DNA of 32,000 nt from Halorhodospira halophila SL1 (GTDB taxonomy: Bacteria; Pseudomonadota; Gammaproteobacteria; Nitrococcales; Halorhodospiraceae): the NCBI RefSeq assembly GCF_000015585.1, contig NC_008789.1, positions 1,950,001 to 1,982,000 of the forward strand, in the 5' to 3' direction. The notes under the pieces are model-generated. The model ran no database searches and had not been told where the DNA came from. It saw only the letters and a program-made list of their open reading frames with translations. Position numbers and translations under genes: made by a program. Position 1 is the first letter of the stretch; every line of letters begins with the position of its first letter. Below are positions 1-10,050 of the stretch, piece by piece.

Positions 1-650
<650 letters not shown>

Positions 651-713
651 GATTCGAGAGTGCTCGGGGTCCAGTGGTCGGCGATCGGCTGTAGAGAAGA
701 AGCTGCGCGGCGC

Positions 714-1853
714 TTAGCCCTGCTCCATCATCTCGACGAAGCGCTGGAACAGCGGCCGCATGTCGTGGGGGCCCGGGCTCGCCTCCGGGTGCCCCTGGAA
801 GCTGAAGGCGGGCACGTCGGTTCGACGGATGCCCTGCAGCGAGCCGTCGAACAACGAACGGTGAGTCGCCTTCAGGTGGGCCGGCAGGCTGGCCTCGTCC
901 ACGGCGAAGCCGTGATTCTGGCTGGAGATCAGCACTTGGCCGGTGGCCAGATCGATCACCGGGTGGTTGGCCCCGTGGTGGCCGAACTTCATCTTCTCGG
1001 TCCGCGCCCCGCTGGCCAGCCCCAACAGCTGATGGCCCAGACAGATGCCGAAGGTCGGGATGCGATGCTCGTCGAGGAGCTCGCGGATGGTGGCAACGGC
1101 GTACTCCATGGGCTCCGGGTCACCCGGGCCGTTGGAGAAGAACAGGCCGTCCGGCTCCAGCTTGAGGACATCCGCGGCGGCGGTCCGCGCGGGCACCACG
1201 GTGACGCGGCAGTCGGCATCGACGAGCAGGCGCAGGATCTGCTGTTTAATGCCGTAATCAAAGGCCACCACGTGGTAGCGCCCGGCATCGCCACGCTCGG
1301 CAGCGTCCGCACACCCGTCATCCAGGGTCCAGGTCCCGCGCTGCCAGGGCCTGCGGGTCTTGGTACCGGCCTCTCCGGCCAGGTCGCGCCCGCTCATGCC
1401 GCCATACCCCTGCGCCTGAGCCAGTGCCCACGCCTCGTCCAGGGACTCGCCGGCCGCCAGGCAGCCGCCCTGGGCGCCTCCTTCGCGGAGGCGGCGGGTC
1501 AGTTTGCGAGTATCGATCCCGGAGATGGCCACCACCCCCTGCTCGCGCAACCACGCTGTCAGTCCCTGCTCGGCACGCCAGTTGCTGGCCCGCGGCGGCA
1601 CATCACGCACCACCAGCCCAGCCAGCCGGGCGCGATCGTCCTCGCGATCCACACTGTTGATGCCGGTATTGCCGATGTGGGGATAGGTCAGAGTGACGAT
1701 CTGACCGGCGTAGGAAGGGTCGGTGGCGATCTCCTGATAACCGGTCATGGCGGTGTTGAAAACCACCTCGCCGGTCACGGCCCCGTCGGCGCCCACCGCC
1801 TCGCCGTGGAAAACCGTACCGTCCTGGAGGACGAGCAGTGCTGGCCGGGTCAA
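714..1853 (-). CDS. carA: carbamoyl-phosphate synthase small (glutamine amidotransferase) subunit
   Basis: Track ORF 714..2129 contains (M)[20 protein letters not shown]...[10 protein letters not shown]...[11 protein letters not shown], collinear with E. coli CarA. The TTG at 1853 is preceded by GGGGAGG (1865-1859) with a 5-nt spacer and gives a CarA-like N-terminus. An in-frame ATG at 1916 has no RBS and lies at the foot of a terminator hairpin. Confidence 0.92.
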   Translation of the reverse strand: MTRPALLVLQDGTVFHGEAVGADGAVTGEVVFNTAMTGYQEIATDPSYAGQIVTLTYPHIGNTGINSVDREDDRARLAGLVVRDVPPRASNWRAEQGLTAWLREQGVVAISGIDTRKLTRRLREGGAQGGCLAAGESLDEAWALAQAQGYGGMSGRDLAGEAGTKTRRPWQRGTWTLDDGCADAAERGDAGRYHVVAFDYGIKQQILRLLVDADCRVTVVPARTAAADVLKLEPDGLFFSNGPGDPEPMEYAVATIRELLDEHRIPTFGICLGHQLLGLASGARTEKMKFGHHGANHPVIDLATGQVLISSQNHGFAVDEASLPAHLKATHRSLFDGSLQGIRRTDVPAFSFQGHPEASPGPHDMRPLFQRFVEMMEQG

Positions 1854-1918
1854 CGCAGCCTCCCCTGGTTGGAGCTGAACGCCCGCCCGGGCACGCCACG
1901 GGCGGGGTACGGACATGC

Positions 1919-1945
1919 AAAAAACGGGAGGGTTCGCCCCTCCCG
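1919..1945 (-). terminator. intrinsic terminator or attenuator hairpin in the cysH-carA spacer
   Basis: The minus strand reads CGGGAGGG-GCGAA-CCCTCCCG followed by TTTTTT: an 8-bp GC stem, a 5-nt loop and a T6 tract. It lies 114 nt after the cysH stop and 65 nt before the carA TTG. Confidence 0.65.
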
Positions 1946-1990
1946 TCCATGGAGTCGTCAAGCCGCGCCCTGCGGCGCGTGAACGCGGGT

Positions 1991-2020
1991 ATTCTACCGG
2001 CCCGGGCAGGAATCTGTCAC
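1991..2020 (-). promoter_or_regulatory. candidate sigma70-type promoter reading toward carA
   Basis: The minus strand has GTGACA (2020-2015), an 18-nt spacer and TAGAAT (1996-1991). AT-rich hexamers are rare in this GC-rich DNA. This is a pattern match only. Confidence 0.3.
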
Positions 2021-2058
2021 GGCTTTGTGGCTTTCCCCTGGCGGCGCGGACCCGCCGC

Positions 2059-2775
2059 TCAATCCTGGGGACTCCGGTGCAGACCGCACTCGCGCCGCGC
2101 GGGGTGCTCCCACCACCAGCGCCCGGCACGGATATCCTCGCCGGCGGCTACCGGGCGGGTGCATGGCGCGCAACCGATACTGCGGTACCCCTGATCGTAG
2201 AGCTTGTTGTAAGGCACGCCGTGGCTGCGCAGATAACCCCACACGTCGGCCTCCTGCCACTCCGCCAGCGGGTTGAGCTTGATCAGCCCCTGCTCTGGGT
2301 CGTGCTCCTCGATCGGTAACTCGCTCCGGGTCGCTGCCTGGGCCCGGCGCATCCCGGTCAGCCAGGCGCGCTGGCCGCTGAGCGCCCGGCGCAGCGGCTC
2401 TACCTTGCGCGCGTGGCAGCACGCCTGCCGAGCCTCAAGGCTATGGTAGAACCCGTTGACCCCGAAAGACGCCACCACCTGCTCGACCTCGAACGCCTCG
2501 GGGTAGTAGGTCCGCACCACCGGGCCGTAGCGTTCCCGCACCCTCTGCTGCAGCTTGTACGTCTCGGCGTTGAGCCGCCCAGTATCTAAGGTAAATGCGT
2601 CAATCCCGGGGGTGTGCGCCCGAATGAGATCGAGCAGGACCATATCCTCGGCGCTGAAACTCGAAGCCAGCACCGCAGGCAGATACTCCGCCTCCACCCG
2701 GCGCAGGATGGCGACAGTCCCCTCTATACGCTGCTCCAGCGCAGCGATGTCCGATGGCTCATCTACGATCGCCAT
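2059..2775 (-). CDS. cysH: assimilatory (phospho)adenylylsulfate reductase, Fe-S type (APS/PAPS reductase family)
   Basis: Motifs are a CC pair ([12 protein letters not shown]), SIGCAPCT and a C-terminal ECGLH, plus the PAPS-reductase fold region [15 protein letters not shown]. The ATG at 2775 is 11 nt downstream of GGAGG. The track start at 2787 is a GTG abutting that RBS and is unlikely. Confidence 0.9.
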   Translation of the reverse strand: MAIVDEPSDIAALEQRIEGTVAILRRVEAEYLPAVLASSFSAEDMVLLDLIRAHTPGIDAFTLDTGRLNAETYKLQQRVRERYGPVVRTYYPEAFEVEQVVASFGVNGFYHSLEARQACCHARKVEPLRRALSGQRAWLTGMRRAQAATRSELPIEEHDPEQGLIKLNPLAEWQEADVWGYLRSHGVPYNKLYDQGYRSIGCAPCTRPVAAGEDIRAGRWWWEHPARRECGLHRSPQD

Positions 2776-3017
2776 GGGCGCACGCACCTCCGTTGGCCGT
2801 TACACCTAGAGCGGCTCGGACCTCGCCCCGCGCCGCCTGATTACTGACGTCACCCAAGAATGAGACGCAACGGCGGCCGCGGTGAAATACGGAGACGGCA
2901 ACCTCTTACCACCATCAGGAATAAGGGGGGGGTCAGCGCCGTAACCGGCACCGCTCTACAAAAACCCCCTTCCAGCCCCTATCATGATCGGTTTCCCAAC
3001 AAACCTGAGGACGCGCA

Positions 3018-3980
3018 TTGACCGCGCTAGCTGTCTCCGATCTGACCAAGACGTACGCCGGGGGGCAGATCGCCCTGCACGGCATCAACCTGACCGTAGA
3101 CGCCGGCGCCTTCTTCGGCCTGCTGGGCCCCAACGGCGCGGGCAAGTCGACGCTCATCGGGATCATCTCGACGCTGGTCAACAAAAGCGGCGGCACGGTA
3201 CGGGTCTTCGGCCACGACCTGGATCGCGACCCCTGGGCGGTCAAGTCCTCCATCGGCCTGGTCCCGCAGGAGTTCAACTTCAACACCTTCGAGACGGTGG
3301 AGCAGATTGTCGTCAACCAGGCCGGCTATTACGGCATCCCCCGCCGCCTGGCCCGTCAGCGCGCAGAGCACTACCTCCACAGCCTCGGCCTCTGGGAGCG
3401 CCGAGATACAGTCTCGCGCACGCTGTCCGGCGGGATGAAGCGCCGGCTGATGATTGCCCGGGCGCTGATGCACGAGCCGCAACTGCTCGTGCTCGATGAG
3501 CCCACCGCCGGCGTGGACATCGAGTTGCGCCGCTCGATGTGGGACTTCCTGCGCCACATCAACGATCAGGGCACGACCATCATCCTCACCACGCACTACC
3601 TGGAAGAGGCCGAGAGCCTCTGCAAGGACATCGCGATCATCGATGACGGGCGGATCATCGAGAACACCGACGTCAAGAGCCTGCTCCAGCGCCTGTCGAC
3701 CCACGCCTTCCTGCTCGATGTCGACCGGATGCCCGAGCCGGTACCAAAGCTCAGCGACTTCGCGCTGCGCCAGGTCGACGACCACGTCCTCGAGGCCGAG
3801 GTCCCACGCGGGCGGGCACTGACCGATCTGTTTGCCGCCCTCTCCGAGCACGGGATTACGGTCAGCAGCATGCGCAACAAATCAAACCGCCTCGAGGAGC
3901 TGTTCCTGCATCTGGTAGAGAGCAACGACGAGGCCCAACCAACGCCCCACCGCACCGATGGGCAGGAGGTGATCTCTTGA
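3018..3980 (+). CDS. ABC transporter ATP-binding protein (ABC-2/YadG-like)
   Basis: It has Walker A GPNGAGKST, signature LSGGMKRR and Walker B LLVLDEPT. The TTG start at 3018 has GAGGA 6 nt upstream. Confidence 0.9.
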   Translation: MTALAVSDLTKTYAGGQIALHGINLTVDAGAFFGLLGPNGAGKSTLIGIISTLVNKSGGTVRVFGHDLDRDPWAVKSSIGLVPQEFNFNTFETVEQIVVNQAGYYGIPRRLARQRAEHYLHSLGLWERRDTVSRTLSGGMKRRLMIARALMHEPQLLVLDEPTAGVDIELRRSMWDFLRHINDQGTTIILTTHYLEEAESLCKDIAIIDDGRIIENTDVKSLLQRLSTHAFLLDVDRMPEPVPKLSDFALRQVDDHVLEAEVPRGRALTDLFAALSEHGITVSSMRNKSNRLEELFLHLVESNDEAQPTPHRTDGQEVIS

Positions 3981-4804
3981 ACCGCCCTCAGGGATCCCCG
4001 GGTCACCGCTACGGCAGCCAGGGTACGCCATCGCGGACGGCCGCCGCGCTCGTCTCCCTGCAGACCATCGTCTATAAGGAGACCCACCGCTACCTGCGCA
4101 TCTGGATCCAGACGCTGGTGCCGCCGGCGATCACCATGACCCTCTATTTCGTCATTTTCGGCGCGCTCATCGGCGAGCGAGTCGGCGAGATGGAAGGCTA
4201 CCGGTACATGGAGTACATCGCCCCGGGCATCATCATGCTGGCGGTGATCACCAACTCCTATAACAACGTCGTCTCATCGTTCTTCGGGGCCAAGTTCCAG
4301 CGCCATATCGAAGAGATGCTGGTCTCGCCGACCCCCAACGTGGTGATCTTGCTCGGCTATGTAGCCGGCGGCGTGGGGCGCGGGCTGTTCACCGGTGCCA
4401 TCGTTACTGCGGTGGCGTTGATGTTCACTTCCCTGCCGATCCACAACTGGGCGATCACCATCTCGGTGGTGATCCTCACCGCCGTGCTGTTCTCCATTGG
4501 CGGGTTCATCAACGCCATCTACGCCCGCAAGTTCGACGACATCGCCATCATCCCCACGTTCGTCCTAACCCCGCTCACCTACCTCGGTGGCGTGTTCTAC
4601 TCGATCTCGCTGCTCCCGGAGTTCTGGCAGGGCGTCTCGCTGGCCAACCCAATCCTCTACATGGTCAACGCCTTCCGTTACGGCATCCTCGGTTCCGCGG
4701 ACGTCCACATCGCTGTCTCCTACGCCATGATGCTCGCCTTCATCGCAGCTTTCGGCGGATTCGCCCTGTATCTGCTAAACCGGGGTACAGGACTGCGCTC
4801 CTGA
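3977..4804 (+). CDS. ABC-2 type transporter permease (YadH-like)
   Basis: YLRIWIQTLVPPAITMTLYFVIFG...FVLTPLTYLGGVFYSISLLPEFWQ is collinear with E. coli YadH. The TTG start overlaps the upstream TGA (TTGA), and GGAGG lies 9 nt upstream. The exact start is uncertain. Confidence 0.85.
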   Translation: MNRPQGSPGHRYGSQGTPSRTAAALVSLQTIVYKETHRYLRIWIQTLVPPAITMTLYFVIFGALIGERVGEMEGYRYMEYIAPGIIMLAVITNSYNNVVSSFFGAKFQRHIEEMLVSPTPNVVILLGYVAGGVGRGLFTGAIVTAVALMFTSLPIHNWAITISVVILTAVLFSIGGFINAIYARKFDDIAIIPTFVLTPLTYLGGVFYSISLLPEFWQGVSLANPILYMVNAFRYGILGSADVHIAVSYAMMLAFIAAFGGFALYLLNRGTGLRS

Positions 4805-4841
4805 GCCGCCGCGCCTGCATTCACATCACGAGGGAGCCCGC

Positions 4842-6167
4842 ATGGAACCGGCCCACAGCCCACTGCTGACCGACCTCTACCAACTGACCATGGTCGACAG
4901 CTACCTCCAGCAGGGGATGCACGGGCCGGCCTCGTTCGAACTGTTCAGCCGCAAGCTACCACCCGGGCGCGGTTTCTATATCGCCTCGGGCATCGAGGCG
5001 GTGATCGACTGGCTGACGGCGATGCGCTTCAGCGACGCGGAGCTGGCCTGGATCCGTGACTGCGGCCACTTCCGTGCCGACCTGGCCGACGAGCTGGCCG
5101 ACCTGCATTTTACCGGGCACGTCGAGGCGGTCCCCGACGGCACCATCCTCTTCCCCCAAGAGCCGATCCTGCGGGTAACCGCACCGCTGCCGGAGGCCCA
5201 GCTCATCGAGAGCCGGGTCATGAACCTGATCCACCTCCACAGCCTGCTGACCAGCAAAGCCGCCCGGGCCGTTCTAGCCGCCGGCGACAGCAGCCTGGTG
5301 GACTTCGGCATGCGCCGCGCCCACGGTGCTGAGGCGGCCATGGCCGCCGCGCGCAGCACCTGGATCGCCGGCTACGCCGGAACCTCCACCTGCCTGGCGG
5401 GGGCGCAGTACGGCATCCCCACGGTCGGCACCATGGCCCACTCCTACGTCCTCGCCTTCGACCGCGAGATCGACGCCTTCCGCGCCTTCGCCACCGCCCA
5501 CCCGAAGAACGTGGTCCTGCTGATCGACACCTACGACATCACCGACGGAGCCCGGAAAGTGACTCAGCTCGCCGGCGAGGGATACCCGGTCCAGGGGGTG
5601 CGCATCGATAGCGGCGACCTCGGCAAGGAGGCGCAGCGGGTCCGCGAGATCCTGGACGCGGCGGGCCTGGGGCAGGTACGCATCCTGGTCAGCGGGGATC
5701 TGGACGAGTATGCGGTGAGCCGCCTGCGTGCCGACGGGGCCCCGATTGACGGCTTCGGACTGGGCACGCGGATGGACACCGCCGCCGATCAGCCCCACCT
5801 GGATATGGCCTACAAGCTACAGGAGTACCGGGGCGTTGCCCGGCGCAAACGCTCCGCGGGGAAGGTGCACTGGCCGGGCCGCAAGCAGGTCCGTCGCCAC
5901 TTCACCAATGGCGTGGCCACCGGCGACACCCTCTGCCTGGCAGAGGAGGACAGAGACGGGGTGCCCCTGCTCACCGAGGTGATCGACCGCGGCCAGCGCA
6001 CCCGGACCGCCGAGAGCACGGACACCATCCGCCAGCGCGTTCAGCAGGGGCTTGCCGCTCTGCCCGCCGATTGCCGCAGGCTGGACGCCGACGCCAACGC
6101 CTATCCGGTGGAGATCTCCGCTCAGCTGCGCGCCTGTGCCCAAGCCACCGACCGCCAGCCCCACTAA
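4842..6167 (+). CDS. pncB: nicotinate phosphoribosyltransferase
   Basis: The N-terminus LLTDLYQLTMVDSYLQ and the central GTMAHSYV motif are typical of the NAPRTase family. The ATG at 4842 follows GAGGGAG. Confidence 0.9.
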   Translation: MEPAHSPLLTDLYQLTMVDSYLQQGMHGPASFELFSRKLPPGRGFYIASGIEAVIDWLTAMRFSDAELAWIRDCGHFRADLADELADLHFTGHVEAVPDGTILFPQEPILRVTAPLPEAQLIESRVMNLIHLHSLLTSKAARAVLAAGDSSLVDFGMRRAHGAEAAMAAARSTWIAGYAGTSTCLAGAQYGIPTVGTMAHSYVLAFDREIDAFRAFATAHPKNVVLLIDTYDITDGARKVTQLAGEGYPVQGVRIDSGDLGKEAQRVREILDAAGLGQVRILVSGDLDEYAVSRLRADGAPIDGFGLGTRMDTAADQPHLDMAYKLQEYRGVARRKRSAGKVHWPGRKQVRRHFTNGVATGDTLCLAEEDRDGVPLLTEVIDRGQRTRTAESTDTIRQRVQQGLAALPADCRRLDADANAYPVEISAQLRACAQATDRQPH

Positions 6168-6355
6168 TCCGCTCGATCGGCGCCCCGCATGCCCTCCAGC
6201 AGATCACTGAGGGCGAAGCCGTAGCGTTCGGCGATGGCCTTCAACTCGCGCTGCGCCTGGGTGATATTCTCCCGGCGGCGGCGCTCGATCTCCCGTTCCA
6301 CCTCCTCGCGCAGTCCACGCAGCTGCTCGGCCGAATACCTGGAAAGATCCTCCAT
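6164..6355 (-). CDS. small protein resembling the N-terminal oligomerisation domain of H-NS-family proteins, with no DNA-binding domain
   Basis: The 63-aa product is MEDLSRYSAEQLRGLREEVEREIERRRRENITQAQRELKAIAERYGFALSDLLEGMRGADRAD. AGGGAG lies 5 nt upstream of the ATG, and GC3 is fairly high. The pattern LS.eqL..Lr.eie.ei, then EL..iA...GfslsdLl, matches my recollection of H-NS/XrvA/Bv3F-type N-termini. Confidence 0.5.
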   Translation of the reverse strand: MEDLSRYSAEQLRGLREEVEREIERRRRENITQAQRELKAIAERYGFALSDLLEGMRGADRAD

Positions 6356-6385
6356 TACGCTCCCTTTCGCCCGAAGAAACGTCCC

Positions 6386-6991
6386 TCACGGGTTGAGTAG
6401 GAAATGGCTCCAGCCGTCCGTCCGGTGCTCGTATCGCTCGCGCTGATGCAGGCGGCCATCCCCGGCCGACCAGAGCTCAATGCTGACCGGGATTATACGG
6501 TACCCCGACCAGTGCGGGGGGCGGGGTACACGCTCGGGGAAACGCGACTCGACCTCCTCCAGGCGGGCCTCCAGCTCGTGACGACTGGCCAGCGGCTCCG
6601 ACTGGTGAGAGGCCCAAGCCCCCAACTGGCTCAACCGCTCCCGCTGCGCCCAGTAGCGATCCGCCTCGCTGGCGCTCACCGCGGCCACCACGCCGCGGAT
6701 CTCCACCTGCTCGTAGAGCGGCTGGAAGTGCAGGCACAGCGCCGCACGGGGGTTATCGGCCAGTTGCTGCCCCTTGCGACTGGCACGGTTGGTGTAGAAA
6801 ACGGCACCCTGCTCGTCGAGCTGCTTGAGGAGCACCGTCCGCGCTGCCGGCCACCCGTCGCGTCCCACCGTCGCCAGGATGCCCGCGGTGGGCTCCGGCA
6901 GATCCGTGGCCCGGGCCCGCTCCAGTACCTGGTGCACGCGGCTCAGGGCCTCCTGATAGATCGTGTCCGAATCCATCCCCGGCTCAGTCAT
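6386..6991 (-). CDS. pdxH: pyridoxamine 5'-phosphate oxidase
   Basis: [33 protein letters not shown]...[17 protein letters not shown] is collinear with E. coli PdxH. The ATG at 6991 overlaps the nfeD stop. An alternative ATG lies at 6976. Confidence 0.9.
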
Positions 6992-8456
6992 TGGGCTCCA
7001 CCTTCAGTGTCAGTCCTTCCTTACTGACCACGCGCACCCGCTCGCCGCTACGCACCGGGCTCACCGCCACGGCATTCCAGCGCTCGCCGGCGTAACGCAC
7101 GTGGCCAGCCCCCTCGAAACTCTCCTCGGCGATGGCCTCGGCATCGATGAGTTCATCAGCCCCGCCGAGTTTGGGTCGTTGCCAGGCCCGGGCGGCCATC
7201 ATCGCCACGCCGATGAAGATGATCAGACTGGCCACGGTAAACCCGGCGATCACCCCAAGCGAGACCTGGAAGGCCTCAAGATCGGTGTCGAACAGCATGA
7301 TCGAGCCGAGGACGAAGGCGACGGCACCGCCAATGCCCATGATCCCGAAACTGGGCATGAACGCCTCGGCGATCATGAAGGCGATCCCCAGCCCGATCAG
7401 CCCCAGGCCGGCGTAGGTGATCGGCAACGCCTGGAAGGCGTACAGGGCCAGCAGCAGACTGATGCCACCGAGGACACCAGGCACCAGGGAACCGGGATTG
7501 ATCAGTTCGAAGATGATGCCGTAGATGCCCACCAGCATCAGGATGTAGGCCACGTTCGGGTTGGTGATCACCGAAAGCAGCCGATTGCGCCAGTCCGGTT
7601 CGACCAGATCCACCTCCAGTCCGGCGCTCTCGATGGCCCGCTCGCCCCCGGGGAGCTTGACCACCACGCCATCGGCCTTGGCCAGGAGCTCATCCACGTC
7701 CTCGGCGACGAAGTCGATCACCCCCAGCTCCGCCGCCTCGCTCGCCGAGGCGCTGATCGATTCGCGCACTGCCCTCTCGGCCCACTCGGCATTGCGCCCG
7801 CGCAGCTCGGCCAGCCCCTTGATGTAGGAGACCGCATCCTCGATGATCTTGCGCTCCATCGCGTCCGGGCGGTCGGCCCGCTCTTCCGCCGGCTCTTCCT
7901 GCTCGACCGCCTCGTCTTCCTCACGCGCCTCCTCGTCGACGTCTTCCTCCTCGCCGCCGAGCCGCTCCCGGAGCTCCTCCAGGGCGTCGCCTCCCTGCTC
8001 CTCGTCATCGCCACCGGGGAAGATCCCACCGCCTCCCCCGCCGATCTGCACCGGAGTGGCCGCACCGAGGTTGGTCGCCGGCGCCATGGCGGCCACGTGC
8101 GAGGCATAGAGGATATAGGTCCCGGCACTCGCCGCGCGGGAACCGCTGGGCGCGACGTAGGTGGCCACAGGGACGTCGCTGGCGAGGATCTCGCTGATGA
8201 TGTCCCGCATGGCATCGTCGAGACCACCGGGCGTGTTCATGCGCAGGATGACCAGACCGGCGCCCCGTTCCTGAGCCTCGGCCAGGCCGCGCACGATGTA
8301 GTCGGTGGTGGCCGGACCGATGGCCCCCTTGACGTCAAGCATCAGCGCAGTGCCGGCGGCATCTTCGCCGGCGTCCGGAGGCGTCTCGGCACTACCCAGC
8401 GGGACCGCCGAGAGGAAGTAGGCAAGAAGGACGGCGAGCAGACGTCGAATCCACAT
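6984..8456 (-). CDS. nfeD: NfeD-family membrane-bound ClpP-class serine protease (long form)
   Basis: It has a signal/TM N-terminus and the ClpP-like core [19 protein letters not shown]...[27 protein letters not shown]. Several TM helices follow, then a C-terminal OB-like segment [15 protein letters not shown]...[18 protein letters not shown]. The ATG at 8456 is 11 nt from GGAGG. The track TTG at 8474 lies inside that RBS. Confidence 0.85.
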
Positions 8457-8472
8457 GGTCAGGCACACCTCC

Positions 8473-8507
8473 AAAAAACGGCGAGGGCCGACGACAAGCC
8501 CCCGCCG
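8473..8507 (-). terminator. intrinsic terminator after adk
   Basis: The minus strand reads CGGCGGGGGC-(UUGUCGUC loop)-GGCCCUCGCCG followed by TTTTTT. The stem is about 10 bp with one G-U pair. It starts 10 nt after the adk TAA, and the T-tract runs directly into the nfeD GGAGG. Confidence 0.7.
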
Positions 8508-8516
8508 CGTGCCCGG

Positions 8517-10020
<1,504 letters not shown>

Positions 10021-10050
10021 GCGTCCGCAGCCTCCCGGAGCCCGCTGCGC

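Noticed and set aside
2845-2852. A TGACGTCA perfect palindrome upstream of cysH, resembling a CRE/CRP-like half-site pair.
   Set aside because: It is a single 8-bp palindrome with no extended consensus for CRP/FNR (TGTGA-N6-TCACA or TTGAT-N4-ATCAA) or CysB. Its significance cannot be assessed without comparative data.
2925-2932. A G8 homopolymer in the divergent cysH / ABC-transporter promoter region, a possible slipped-strand phase-variation tract.
   Set aside because: Eight residues is short for contingency loci. In GC-rich DNA such runs arise by chance, and the flanking genes are housekeeping. It is testable only by comparing strains or read-level length heterogeneity.
2860-3021. A 53-codon plus-strand ORF in the cysH / ABC divergent spacer. 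Its TGA overlaps the TTG start of the ABC ATPase gene (TTGA), so it could pass for a leader peptide.
   Set aside because: There is no Shine-Dalgarno sequence before its ATG. It uses many A/T-ending and rare codons (AGA, ATA, AGG, AAT, CTA, GTA, TTT, TAT), unlike every confident gene here. It most likely falls by chance in a promoter region.
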